From: Eutreptiella sp. 'Long Island Sound 2002'
Lineage: Eukaryota; Protista; Euglenida
Reading direction: 5' to 3'
NCBI GenBank assembly: GCA_964036045.1
Contig: OZ038379.1
Coordinates: forward strand, 2,976,001-3,040,000
Length of the DNA: 64,000 nucleotides
Shown here: positions 34,148 to 56,500 of the stretch, piece by piece
Numbering within the stretch: the stretch's first letter is position 1
Layout of the letters: the number at the start of each line of letters is the position of its first letter
Notes under the pieces: generated by a model
Seen by the model: only the letters and a program-made list of their open reading frames with translations
Database searches by the model: none
Told to the model about the DNA's origin: nothing
Position numbers and translations under genes: made by a program

Positions 34148-36025
34148 CTACTCCTTGGGCCCGGACCCCGCTCTCGCCCGCCCCCCTCCCGCCGACTTCC
34201 CCGTGTACTTCGCGTGCAGGCTCGAGAAGAACGACGACATGGCCATCACGGAGCCGGCCTCGGGCTCCAGGAGGCGCTTCTCCTCCTCCGTTTTCCGGTG
34301 CAGCGACGAGCTGAGCAGCTCGTTGACGTACTGCAGGTTGGCGCTGTCCACCTTCGCCTGCGCCAGCGAATGGTAGCAGCCGTCCAGCTCCGCCTGCAGC
34401 CGCGCCTCCGCCGCGTCCCGCTCCTTCTGCGCCCGGTGGCTGTCCTTGAGGCACGCGTGCTCGTACGACAGGAACGCCCCGCGGAGCGTCGTGAGCTGCA
34501 GCTGCGTCTCCTGCGCGTGCGACGCGACCTCCCCCTTCAGCCGCGCCGCGTCCTCCCGCAGGGCCGCCGCGTGCGCCCGCAGCCGGCGGCCCATCGTGTG
34601 CAGGTGCTGCGTCGCCAGAGCCTGCGTGTGCGTGACGGTGCGCTCCAGCTGCAGCATCGACCGCGTGAAGGCCTTCTCCAGCGCCGTCCCCTCGGTGCTG
34701 CCGTCCTGCTCCAGCTCCTGCAGGTGCGCCAGGCGCTGCTCCAGCCAGCTGACCACCCCCGCGCACTCCTGCTCCAGCAGCTTCCCGAAGAACACGTCCA
34801 CGCACCCCGTCGTCCGCTGGTGCCGCCGCCCCGCGAGGTCCGTCCGCCACTTCCCCTGCCACTCCTTCAGGTTCTTGGTGTGCGCCGCCAGCACCGCCGC
34901 GAGCTGCGCGCGGGCCCCCTCGTCCGCGGCCCGCGCCCGGGTCTTGGCCTGCAGCGCCTGCCGGAGCCGCTGGGCCTCGTCCTTCCAGTGCTGGACCTCC
35001 CCCTGCAGCCGCACGCTCTGGCTCCCCTCCCCCGTCTGCAGCTGCGCCCGCACCGCGTACAGCTCCGCCCGCAGGCGCTCGGCCTCGGCCCGCAGCTCAT
35101 GGCACTCCTCCTCCTTCGCCGCGACCTCCGCCTGCAGCGCGCGGTGCGCCGCCGCCGCCGCCGGCTCCTCCGCGCACGCGGCCTCCGAGTCCACGGACCC
35201 CTTCCGCCGGTCAAGGTCCTCGGAGGAGGGTGCGCGCGGCCGCGGGGTGTGGGCCGCGTGCTCCGCGCGCAGCGCCTCGACCTGCTCGTCGGCGGCGTCC
35301 AGCTTCTGCTTCAGCTCCCGCACGACCCCATCCATCTGTTTGCAGCGGGCGTCGTACGAGGCGATGGTCTCGTCCTTCACTGCGCCCTGCTGCTCCAGCA
35401 GCCCGTAGGACTCCAGCATGCGGCCGTGCTCCCGCTTCAGCTGGTGCAGCTCCAGGTTGGCTCCGGCAAGCTCCTGCTCGAGGCGTTTGGTGTCCTCCGC
35501 CGCAGCCGAGCGCTCCGCCTTCTCCTGCTGCAGCTGGTGGACGTTCTCGAGCAACTGCTGCCCATACTCGACGGCCTTGACCACGTCCCCTGATCTCTCC
35601 GCCACCTCCGCAGTGAGCTCCTCGATTCGGTCCACGGCGCTCTGCAGGCACTCGGACCAAGGGGCTGGCACATCAGCCTTTGCGTTCAAGAGTGCTCGTG
35701 CCCTTTCCAGAACCATATTGCATACAGTGTGCCACACCTGACCAGGCGAGGCTCCTGCCAAGAAACAGAGAAGGTCGCGTAGTTCAGCGGTCATGCACGT
35801 GACGCCTGAACTAGAGGTGCTCGGTTCAAATCCTGGGGGGGTCGGAACGCAGTGTCCTAGGCGCTAGGGAGTCTGTGACCCCGCGAGCCGGAAGGGATGC
35901 TGCGAGGGACAGGTAGGGATCATGGATATGCTGGAGTTCGGAGAGCGCCCGAGCACTTTACCTTTACCTTTACCTGCCAAGAAACAAGAAATGTGCGCCT
36001 GCGAAGTGGAGGCAACCCTCGACAT
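34148..36025 (-). CDS. Coiled-coil protein, 552 aa, two exons (36025-35974, 35754-34148)
   Basis: 1.6-kb GC3-rich ORF rich in E/Q/L/A/R heptads. It extends in phase 1 across a 219-nt GT-AG intron to ATG 36025 (MSRVASTSQAHISCFLAG|ASPGQ...). A TTTCTTAG acceptor lies 25 nt upstream of the ATG. The start codon is inferred; Met in NMVLER is an alternative. Confidence 0.8.
35773..35973 (+). mobile_element. tRNA-derived SINE with target-site duplication, forming the intron of the coiled-coil gene
   Basis: Starts at tRNA position 1 (GGTCGCG-TA). A box TAGTTCAGCGG 35780-35790, B box GGTTCAAATCC 35823-35833, 3' stem-loop GTTCGG/CCGAGC 35936-35954, (CTTTAC)3 tail 35956-35973. Flanked by direct repeat CCTGCCAAGAAACA (35754-35767 and 35973-35986), extendable by AGAA with a 1-nt indel. 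Confidence 0.88.
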
Positions 36026-39000
36026 TTCGTCTCCGGCTACACCGATTGCTCTAAGAAATGTGTTTCCGTGACAACAAGGTCTCAGCGGCGATGAGTCTAG
36101 TCACTGATGGAAGGCAAGGAAACCTGAACTTCTCTCCTGCCAACAAAGGTGCGTTCAGCGACACCAACCGAAAAGGAGGCAACGAAGGAAGAGGTGGCCA
36201 AGGCAGAATCACTACGTACCTCCACTACGGCCGGTTGATAGATCTGCCTACGGCGAACCATGGCCTCACATTACCGTCGCCGAGACTAAAGGCCAAAACT
36301 ACGTCCGCCGCCGCATCACGGACATACCGGTCATGCCTGCCCGTTCACGTGCAGCGAATTCGGTGTCTACCTCAGAAAAGAATCCCAACACGCTAGCGCT
36401 CTCGGAATTCCTCAACGAGAGCACAACGAACGCCGAAGAATTTTCCAGGGCCACGCCGACCATGACGTCGCCAGAGAGACGCGCCCATGAGCCTGCTCTG
36501 ACTTACTAAGAACTCAAAAAAACACCCACACACAACTACTGTCCCTGACCTCAACTGTGAAAACACCAAGCCACAGCTACAACTACACTCAGGCCTGCAC
36601 ACAGACTCTGTCCGCCCCAATGCTCAGCGTTACTGCTATTCCTGCTAACCCCGCCTGCACCCGGAGATGCCGCCTTAAGGATGGCAGTCCACAGGTAATG
36701 ACCTCCCCATGATTGGCATTGCATTGAGAGGTAAAGACTGAAAGTGCCCATGGCGGGGGCATCCAGTCCATCATGAGAGACCAGGCACTTGTTCTTCATC
36801 TTTTCTCTCTCTTTTTTTTAGGTTTGCCCTTAGGGCCCTGGGCAGCAGCCCAAAACAACTTCACAGCCTGCCAACCGCCGTCGGTTATGCACGGGACGCC
36901 GTGTGGTGCACAGGGCTCCTTTTAACAACTCAGCACCACTGGAGATGGGGGGTGGGGGGGGGGGGGTCCCACACCACCACCACCCCCAGTCCCCCCCCCC
37001 CCAAAAAGCCCCCCCCCCAAAAAAAGCCCTGGTGGTGCACTGCATTTGGGTGGTGGCGGCAGAGGACGAGCAAGAGTAGGATGAGTAAGAGGCGAAGACA
37101 TGGTGACTGCGAAATGAACTGATGTGAAATGACCACCCTGTGCACCAGTACTCCTGAGCCGATCGAGATGTGTACACAGGGGCTCTCGGTGCACACACTT
37201 GGAGTCATCATAGAGCCACTCGTATGGGGCCCGGGATCCATTGCAACTCCGGGTGGGGGGCCATTCAAGCCTATTTCCCACATCCCCCCCCCCCCTCTTA
37301 TTGGGCTCTCAGGGCTGGGCCCACCAAATGACCTCACACACGAATTCCAAGAATCATACCTCAAATGCACACTGCCACCCCCCTTTTAGAGAAGGGTGCT
37401 GTATCCACCAGTTCAAACCAGCTACCCCCTAGTCGTGCGACGGGGCTGCCCCTTTTCGATGCACCCTGACCAAAAATGTTCTCGAAGGCTTCCTCATGGT
37501 TGCGGGAGGCTTTTGGCCGCAGGTTGCTACCGAGGCCATAAGCAAGCCACAAAGTGTGCCACACATGCGGGTCTTGATATGCATATGCAACAATGTTCGC
37601 CATTGATGTCACAGAGGCCGTCGTTCTAGGATGCTGAAGCAACAGTAGCAGCCAAAGCCATAGCCGCAGTCACACCAACAGGAACAGTTACACCCACATG
37701 AACAGCACCAGCATCGGCAACAGTCACAGAAACAATCAGCGATAGCAACAGCATGGACCTGTCCAATGTGCAGCTCACGAGAAAATCCTCTGAGTGGCTG
37801 CGTTGCTGCCTGCCTGCTGCCTGCCTGTCTTCAGCACCTGCCTCAATGCCCTCCTCCCAGGAGACAAGATCTACAATCTTGTTGCCGTTCACGGATAGTA
37901 ACCTGGTGCATTACAGCATGGGTCAACACGGCAACCCCCAACTCAATCCAGCCCGACCCAATCTAACCCAACCCACCTCAACCCCAAGCTGCCCAACCCA
38001 ACTCAACCCAATCCATCCCAACCCAGCCCAGCCCAGCACACGCAGCATATCGGCCCAATTGGTGGAGAGAAATATTGTACCCCCTCTCCCCCTTGTCCAA
38101 GCACAACTGAAATCAGGGGAAATCAGTCAAAACAGGAATGCCATACTTGAACAAGGCCGTGCTGACAAGCAATGAACAGACGGGTGGTTCTGAGGAGTGT
38201 TGGGCCCCGTTACAGCAAGTCTAACCGTCCCATCAACACAAACAGGAAGTCTCAAGCAGAAGGTTGTTACGAGCAGCAGCAACTTTTTGTCCCTGTGACC
38301 CAGCCCCACTTCCCACTCCAAAACCTGCTCACAAACAAGCTTCTTGATAAAAAACCTGCGGGCAGCAACTCAGCAGCCAGACAGAGTTGCTGTGGGCTTC
38401 AACAAGGCCCTGCTAGCCGAAAGGGGTTATGACGTAGTGATGGTGGGGGTGGTGCTAGTGCTGGGGTGGTGGTGAAAATGGCTGCCCCAACCTGTGAGGC
38501 AAACGGCGTGAAGCATTTCATGTTTCGAATCAGCACATTGGCAGGCTCAGGAGAACAGGTCTTTACGCGCCACCTGCCATCCCTAAGGGAAACACTTTAC
38601 GGCGTGCAGCTTTGTGGAACACAACCCAACATCACAGAGACCAACCCCAACCATACCAAGGCCAGGCACCATGCTGGGAGAGCACAAACTCATAGCAAGT
38701 TCCTTAGGCTACACACCGCAGAAGCTCAGGAATCCAACATACCAGAGATTGAATCAGACAACATCAAACGGGCTGCCTTTTTCTACAAATAGTCAGGTTT
38801 CTGACGATGACAGAAACACAGTGACCCAAAAGGTTGGAATAAGGCACCCAAGCCTCCAGTCTTCCGCTTATGACCGTTAAAGAAAACTTTATTGCAACCA
38901 AAAACGGTTTTGAAATTTACAAAACTTTCGAAGCCTTAGACCGTTCTCCTCAGGTATCATAGAAAATAGGTAACGGCCTGTGCAGGCTTTATGCAGTGTT

Positions 39001-42000
39001 TGTGCAGCGCACGGTGCGATGTGCGGTGTGCGGTGTGCACGTTTTCCTCTGGGGGTAATTTGGAAAAGCTTCCATTGGAGCCCTAGTCACCATGGAAGTG
39101 TCAGGCCCTCTGTAGGTGTGTGGCGCCTAATGTGGTGCCTCGCCACTAACCCATATGATGTTGTGCTTGTGGGCAGTTTTGTGTGCTCTGCTTGTGCGTG
39201 TGCTTGCTTTGTGTGTGCCGCATTTGTGGTTCATTGGGGGAATGTTTGCCCGGCGCGCGCCCGGCGCGCTACCTTTCTATTAACTATCCCGACTTCAGCC
39301 CGAGATTTACCCTCTGATGGAGAAGCCTCCCCAAATAGACCATGATGGACTGCGCACCTTCCCTACAAAGCACGTTGCATAATTAGACAATAGCTGTGAA
39401 TTCAACAACTCCAAATGTCATTTGAATTGTACTAAACAAACGGTACTTTGCCTTCACCTTTCGCATAGATTTCGCTGTGGTAATGAGTCCCCAAGCCGCA
39501 AGCAGTTTCGACGGCGTTTCTGCCTCACGTCACAAGAACGAAGCGCAAACTCAGTATTCGCTACATCACCCCTGCCTTCTCGGGGTCCCCATGGTGGGGA
39601 GAAATCAATATGGCTACATTACCCATGCTTTCTTGGGGTCCCCATGGTGGGGAGAAATCAACCTAGTAAGGAGTGGATGTGGTGGAAACGAGCAAAAAAT
39701 GGAAGAAAATTGGTGAAAATGGGTGAGAATCCAAATATACCATATCCCAAATGTGAAAGAGGCATCAAAATACCCGTTGTCAAACAACAATAATGCCTAG
39801 GATGGCTAGGCGTCCAAATAGTTGCACTGCGCACGCACTGCGCTTAGTGCACCCCCTAAAAGGTCACCGGTGGGGCACGGGTCAAAAAAGATGCCCGGCG
39901 CGTGCCCGGCGCACTAACGTTCCCCCATTGCCTTCCTTTGGAGGGCTGGTGCCTCCTTTTTGTGGAAGGCTGGTGCCTCCCTTTTGTGGAGGGCTGTCTC
40001 GTGCTGGTATGGCTGCTTAGACCGAAGAGCCTAGTGCCCCACAGGGTGCCCAAGCATGTGAGGTTAATTCGGAAGGTTCGCATTTCGCTGTGCCCAATTC
40101 ACTGAGGCACTCATTTCACATTTTGCAATATTGCTTGCCCTTTCCCGTGATCCCACCATATTGTATCCTTTTGCATTTTGTGGCTGTGTTACATTGCTAG
40201 CCCCCCCACTGTGCCACATGATTGATTGATCATTCCCCTTGACATTCATTATGAGGGGGCTGAAATACAAGGTGGCAGGTTTTTTCGATGAAGGGGAGGA
40301 GAAAATTTTCGGCGGACAGGAGGCCTTGGTGCAGGGGCACTCATGAGGAATAGGGAACATGTATGTGTGGTTTGTGGAGGATGGGGAGGAGGTACCTCAA
40401 GAAGAAGAAGGAGAATGAGGAGGGGAAGGAGAACGCGGGTGATAAGGATGTGGGCGACGACCACAACGGGGACAAGGATGGGGATGGGGACAACGGACAG
40501 GATGGTGGGGCTCGTGGTGGGGCCAAGGGACAAGGTGAGGGGCAGGCAGGAGCACAGGTGGGATGAGAATAATGGGTCCGCACCCTAGGGACAGCCACCC
40601 GCAGGTGGGGCGGGCGGGTACAGTGGCTCGGCGACACCGGGCGGGCCCCCACAAAACCAAGATTTCGAGACTCAGGGGTCGCTGACCACTGACCACTAAC
40701 ATGAATGATGTATGTTTTTTGACCTTGGCGGAACCGGAACATTGACATACAGACACGCACATATTGGACATCACACAAATTGTATGCGTGCTTTTAATGG
40801 TATTTTGGTATGCACATTTTATCATGTAAACACCCCTTCCCCCCAAAACATGTATAGTGTTCACCAACTTTTGGCTGGGTGGCTGAGGGTCGTTCCGATA
40901 AATTGTTCTGGCGCCGGAGTTTCAGCAACGTTCCGAGAAAAAATTTTTTAACCCAAGCGGGTTTTCCGGCTCAGTACCCCGACAAAGCCATGCAAGCACC
41001 GTGTTTTCGCCGGGTGCATGGGGCGGCCGGTTTGGGGGTACACAGCCTTTGAACTTTTTTTGTTCCAGCCAGCTAGCCTAGAACCGTTGGAACCGTTCGC
41101 TGAACAGCCTTGGAGTTCAGATTTGTGCCAAGGACAGGGGTTCCGGATCACCAAGTGTTACCCATCAGTGGTGCGCGGTATGCTGAGACATTTTGCCGGC
41201 TGTTTCGGGGGTCCACCGCCCACGCAATGTACAGCGAGTGCTGCTCCTACGAAGGCCCAGCTTTGGGGCCTAGGCAGTGCTTTGCAGTGGGTGTTTGCCC
41301 TTCCAAGGCCCTGCAATGGGGCCTAGGTAGTGCTTTGCAGTGGGTGTGCACCGTACCAACACCCTGCAGCGGGGCCAGGCACTGCTTTGCGGTGCGTGTT
41401 TGTCCTATGAGGCTCAGGTGGAGAGGGGGAGTTGTGCGCCCATTGGGTTGGTGTGAGTGGATTTGGTGTGATAGACGGGGATGAGGGCTGTGGTTGGCTT
41501 TGTTGTCCCAGGGCAGGGCTGCTCAACCAATGCGGGAGGTGCTGAAATTATGGGACCTCGAAAACCTGCCATACCCCAAGTTTTTCATTAAACCGTGATT
41601 GGGCTGACCCAGATGACTGTGATTTAACGTGATTTCACGTGGTTTTTGTCATGATTTCTGTTTTGCAATTGTGGGTAATTCTGTGTATGTTAGACAATGC
41701 ACACCCATCCACACCATCTATCCCGAGGATCGGGGGGCTCCAAAGCCGATTTAAAGCCCGCAACTTTAGTCATGGCAAGCAATCATTCATGTGGTTTAGG
41801 CCAGTGAGGACGTCCGTGCGTGCACAGACTTCTCCGCATTAAATTTGGCACTTGTGTGGCTGGAGGACCCCAATTGGTTGTTCCCATGCCTCTTCAAGCC
41901 AAGATACAGAGCATTGGTATGATGTACAACAAATGATGTTCTCACGAAACTGCCGAGCACACTTCTTGAAGGTGCTAACCTGCTTTCATGATTTCGTTTT

Positions 42001-43132
42001 CTGAGGTCCTGAGAAAGGTCCACAGAGAAAGGGGTCTGTGACAAAAATGAGCACACCGCAAATCCAATAAAACGTGAGGTAATGTGGTGCACCTGCCATT
42101 TCTAGAAAAATGTTTGCGGTTTGTTGGTTGGTTTGTGCAATTGGTGGTGTTATTGTCTGTTGTACTTTTCCAGAGTTGCAGGCACACACGCAAGACGGGC
42201 ACAGCAATCATCATCCCAGTTGCATTGACCTCAGCAGTTGCATGGCAGCTCAGACTTCAAGGGTTAGCCCTCGCATACTGCCCCACACTGCCCAAAGCAT
42301 CAATGCCACAGTCTGTCTATGCAGTGCATTTTGTTAGTCAAAACTCCATCAGTGCATATATAATGCTTCCACCGCCAGCGGGCAACACATGCCTTCTCAT
42401 GTGTTGATGCTACATCCTTAGCACTGTTGCCATGGTACTCCATCCTCTGTATGCAATTCTGTGCCTTATTCTATGCCCATCTCTGGTGCAGCCTTCCCCT
42501 CCCTGAGGCTAAAGCATGCCGACACCTCCCATGTCAATGTGATCTGTTTGCTGTGCTGGGTATGCGTGATATGTTATGTGTATGTGTGCTGCATACTGTA
42601 CTGTGTGAGCCATGCCTGTGTGCTGCATACTGTGTGCCTGCGTGCTGCATACTGTGTGCCTGCGTGCTACATACTGTGCTGAGTATCCAGGCCTCCGATC
42701 TGCGTCGGAGTCCTGCGGTGGTGAGTGGGGATCGCAATGCAATCTCCCGATGCCACAGACCCCACATGCTTCTGCCCCATGTTTCCACTGATGCCCCAAC
42801 ACGGCCCCACCGGGCACAAATCAGCGGAGGGCGGGGGGGAGGGGGGTGTTCCATAAAGACTCTGGTGTCCAGCGCCCCTGTCTTTTGTGTGACCTGCTTC
42901 TGATGATCGAGGGGATTTGTGGCGGATGGGGAGGGGGGGTAACAGGCTTGTGGATCAGCGTGGAATGTTCATCCCACGGTACCCCTGTGACAGCACACTG
43001 CCCCCCTCTCCCCCTGTGCCCACTCCCCCGCCGGTGCTGACAGGCTTACAGTCAGCCCCAGACCGTGAGGTTTTGGTTTTGGAGGGTGCCCTCCACCACG
43101 TCTGATGTGGGAAGTGTCACACAACACTTCGC

Positions 43133-52839
<9,707 letters not shown>

Positions 52840-52846
52840 GGTCCCT

Positions 52847-52870
52847 CTGAACAAGAGAGGCAAGGGACGA
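52847..52870 (-). promoter_or_regulatory. Polypyrimidine + CAG acceptor 7 nt upstream of the ArgRS ATG (putative trans-splice or 5'UTR acceptor)
   Basis: CCCTTGCCTCTCTTGTTCAG|AGGGACCATG. Confidence 0.55.
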
Positions 52871-53352
52871 CCGACGTGTGTGCACACGGGATCGACCTGC
52901 CCGACTCCGGACAGCATTATTACGCCGGCGATCGGCAGGTGCGGGGTCGTGTGCGCGTTGGGTGCGTGTCGAGTGCTGTGTGTCAGGTGAGGGTGGTCAG
53001 AACAGAAACCAACGGCAGTGAATTTGGTTCTGCAACATCTGTGTGCATTCTGTCAATGTACAGGTTCCTGTTTTGCAATGATTTTCTGCTAGCATTTGTG
53101 CTCGTCGTCACCCCGCGTCAGATTTTGGGGCAATTTTACGGGACATCTTGTGGGCCAAGAAGCTCAGGAAAGTGCCGGGGATCCTCTTGGACAGTCATGT
53201 CAGACTGTGTGTCTGTCTCACTGTCCACGCAGCATTTGAAGCAAATTGGGGCCAACTGCCAAAGGCTCTCATGCACCACCGTCATTGACTGCGCAACAAC
53301 TGTTTATTCAATGTGATCTCCTTTTTTGGCTGAAAGGACAGTGGGTGGCATT

Positions 53353-53353
<1 letters not shown>

Positions 53354-53447
<94 letters not shown>

Positions 53448-53538
53448 TGCTACCTCCGACCAGTGCCTGTGCTGCTATTGCTTGTGCTGGTGTTTGGCCG
53501 CTTTGTGTTATCTACGTGTGTGTGTGTGGTAGTGATAG

Positions 53539-53575
<37 letters not shown>
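53354..53575. repeat. (TG)n microsatellites
   Basis: Long TG run at 53354-53446 and a shorter run at ~53540-53573. Confidence 0.95.
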
Positions 53576-53576
<1 letters not shown>

Positions 53577-56500
53577 CCAGACAATGTCTCTATGTTGTTG
53601 TTCTGACTGTGCCTGACGAGATTCGGAGCAAGCCAGCTGTCTTGATTGCTACTCGCTGTCTTGGCTGTGCCGTTTGTTGCGTAAATCGTGTGTGTGTGTT
53701 GCGTGTGTCGTGTGTTGGCGTGTCCGCATCTTGTGTGTGTGGGGGGGGGGGGGTGGCGCCATAATATAGAGGAAGGCCTGTATAGGTCTGCAGGTGGGTC
53801 AGAGAGGTGGGCCCCTGTGCTTCAGAAAATGACACTCGTGGTGCCTGCACTGGCGCCCTCCGTGTACGCCACCCTCACCTAGGCCAGAGCCTCTGGCCTT
53901 GAGGTCTTACGATGCTTCTGTGCTCGCACGCCCATGCCTCTCCACGGGTCGCCCTCTCAGGCGTGCCCGTTTGCCCGTGCCCGCTGTCTTTTGTCCCCCC
54001 GCTGGCCTTGACCTGCCTCGCCTGGGGCCCTTTGCACCCCCCGGGGTGGGCCCCTATTCGTCGGCGTGCGCAGCACACGCCGTTTGGGGGCGGGGGTGTG
54101 CAGCTCTGCCCCCCCCCCCCCCTTGCGCATCGGGGTCCGCTGACTGATTCGTCGGCCTCCCAGTACGCGCGCTGGGGTGCGGCTCGTGGCCACTGGGCAC
54201 TCCGTGGGCACTCGTGGGTGCCCCTGATGTCCCCGAGAGCAGCAGTGCCTGACCCCCCGGTGTGTGGTTGCGCATGCCCTGCAGGGGGGGTGTCCGTGTG
54301 TCTCGCATGTCCAGGTTTTGGTGCGCCGTTTGTGTGCCTCGGGTTTGCGCGTCCTTGCTGCAGTCCTCAGGGGTGTGAATGCCATCGCCAGCTGCGTCAC
54401 GCCCTGGACCTCTGCCCGGGCTCCTTCGTCCACATCGAAAGATTCCTTTGGTCTTCCCGCTGGTCGGGTGTAAAAATCCACCGCAAAATGGCCCGCCTTT
54501 GCTCCTCCTTTCACCGGGCACCGTGGCCTGTCCCCTGCCTGAGGTCGTGGCTCCTCCGTGCTGCGGGCCTGCTTTTTTTCCCGTTTCGCTCTGTGCTTGG
54601 CTTGCCGTTGTTGCTGACGTTGCGCCCACCGTTCTTCCCCATATTTCCGCAGTCGCTGGAGGTGCTTCCATACGTCCAGCAGTGTGTGTGTGTGCGTGCG
54701 TGCGTGTGTGTGTGTCCCCCGGTAATGGGTGGTTTGCGGTTTTCCCAATTTACAAATAGTCCTTGATTTATCCGAGGAGCAATGCGGATTATCATTGTGG
54801 ACTGTTCTGTCCGACTTCCCCCGGAACATGGATGGGAGGAGGACAAGATTTGATGGGAAAGTGGAGAATATCCTCCTGCGCCAGCCTCCAGCACAGAATG
54901 TGTTGGGTAGAATTGTGCTTGGACATAAAGAAGGGGGTGGGGGTCTGGGACCGGGGGCTCGTAGCAAAGCAAAGCAGCACAAAAAAGCGTGCACAGCACA
55001 CCACAAAGCAGCACAGTGCAAGCAGGAAACAACACACAACAATACGACGTAGCAAGGACCAAGACAGCACGGCACAGCGCATTATGACACATCACAGTGC
55101 AACAACAAGCAGCAAGCAACCACAGCCATCCTCCTCGTCCTTCCCATTCCCAAGGGGGAATCCTTGCACTCTGCGCACATTGCACGCTACTTTTAGACTG
55201 AATTTCCCCCGAAGAGCCCTAGACACACCCTTTCCAAACGCCCTCAAAATCAGGCCACCCAAGCTACCCTAGCTGGACACAGTTGCATACAACCTTCCCT
55301 TCCCATGAAATCCCCCAAGTTCCCATCCAAGCCCAGGCCTGGAGTTGGTTTCAGCTTGATGACATGGCTGTAACCATGGGTAGCAGGGGGGCGTCCCTCG
55401 GTCACCCAGTAAAGGGTGAAGATTTCCACAAAAGCTTAGGCCTGGTCTGCAACAAGACCATCATCACCACAAGTGAATCACTGTTCTGCTTGCTATCTTC
55501 AAAGTGTCTGTGTAAGCACAGAGTCCCTCCAAGCTACACCCCAAGACCACATTGACCCACGCTCAATCACCGCCCATGTGGCACTCTTTTGGCCAAGCGA
55601 AGCAAGCCACAAGCCACACACAATAAGAAAATGCACCCTACACATTGGTTCAAACCCAGGATTTAGGGGTCCCTGGGTTTCATGTGAAATCGCTGCTGAA
55701 CATGGAGGCTGATGAAAGCAATCCCAACGATAGTAGCAGCAGCCACACTAGGTGCCCCTCATTATGGGGGCGTGTGTGCACAGCGCGGGCACAGCGCGGG
55801 CACAACGCGCACATGACAGGAAGAAATCGGGGGTTTTTGCTACAATTGGTAATATTCTTGCCTATACAAACCATACTACACCCCCACAACGTTGGACAGC
55901 CCGATGTTTCACCCCACCCCCAGCATAAGAGATGCCAGTGTACCCAGCCACAGCAAAGACACATGCAAAAAAAGGCAAGAATAAGGTTTGTCCTTAACCC
56001 GAAGTGTGAACGCCATACTCCCCTTTGCTTAGCATACGTACAGAACATGCATCACTCGACATGGTGTCCACATCCACAACCTCCTTTTGGCTATGTACAG
56101 CCACACGGCGATACTTCTTGCTTCGCGATGGAATTTCTATGCTGCCGGCTGATGAGGAGGACGAATCAGAACTATCTACACTTACAGTAGAGCCACCAGA
56201 TATGTTTTGGGCGAATCGGGAAAAAGCTACCACAAACCTATAGGAAAGGATGCACAACAACACATACCAATGCACTAGAAATGAGGGCAAAGCATGCATG
56301 CAACTCATATAAATGCATAACAAGGCTCATTGTTACGGGTACTAGGCACTACTATGCAGGTTGGGCATGGTCCTGTACAAACTTTGTGCACAGCGCGGGC
56401 ACAGCGCGTACACAGCGCGCAATACGCCCCCTATGAAAGCGTGCAACAACTATGTTGAGATGCAGGTCCAACAAACCTTGAAAAGACGCCAAGATTTTGG

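Noticed and set aside
33999-35660. Long overlapping ORFs (34214-35593 +, 34446-35408 +, 33999-34862 -)
   Set aside because: Shadow frames of the GC3-rich coiled-coil CDS.
36683-36750. U1 snRNA-like or ribozyme-like segment (CCATGAT, CATTGCA, nested short stems)
   Set aside because: Motif order and spacing do not fit U1; no Sm site, and no hammerhead or twister core.
41890-42005. piggyBac-like peptide (MFSRNCRAHFLKVLTCFH)
   Set aside because: Too short and weak to call by eye.
55647-55680. B-box GGTTCAAACCC with hairpin
   Set aside because: No A box or cloverleaf upstream.
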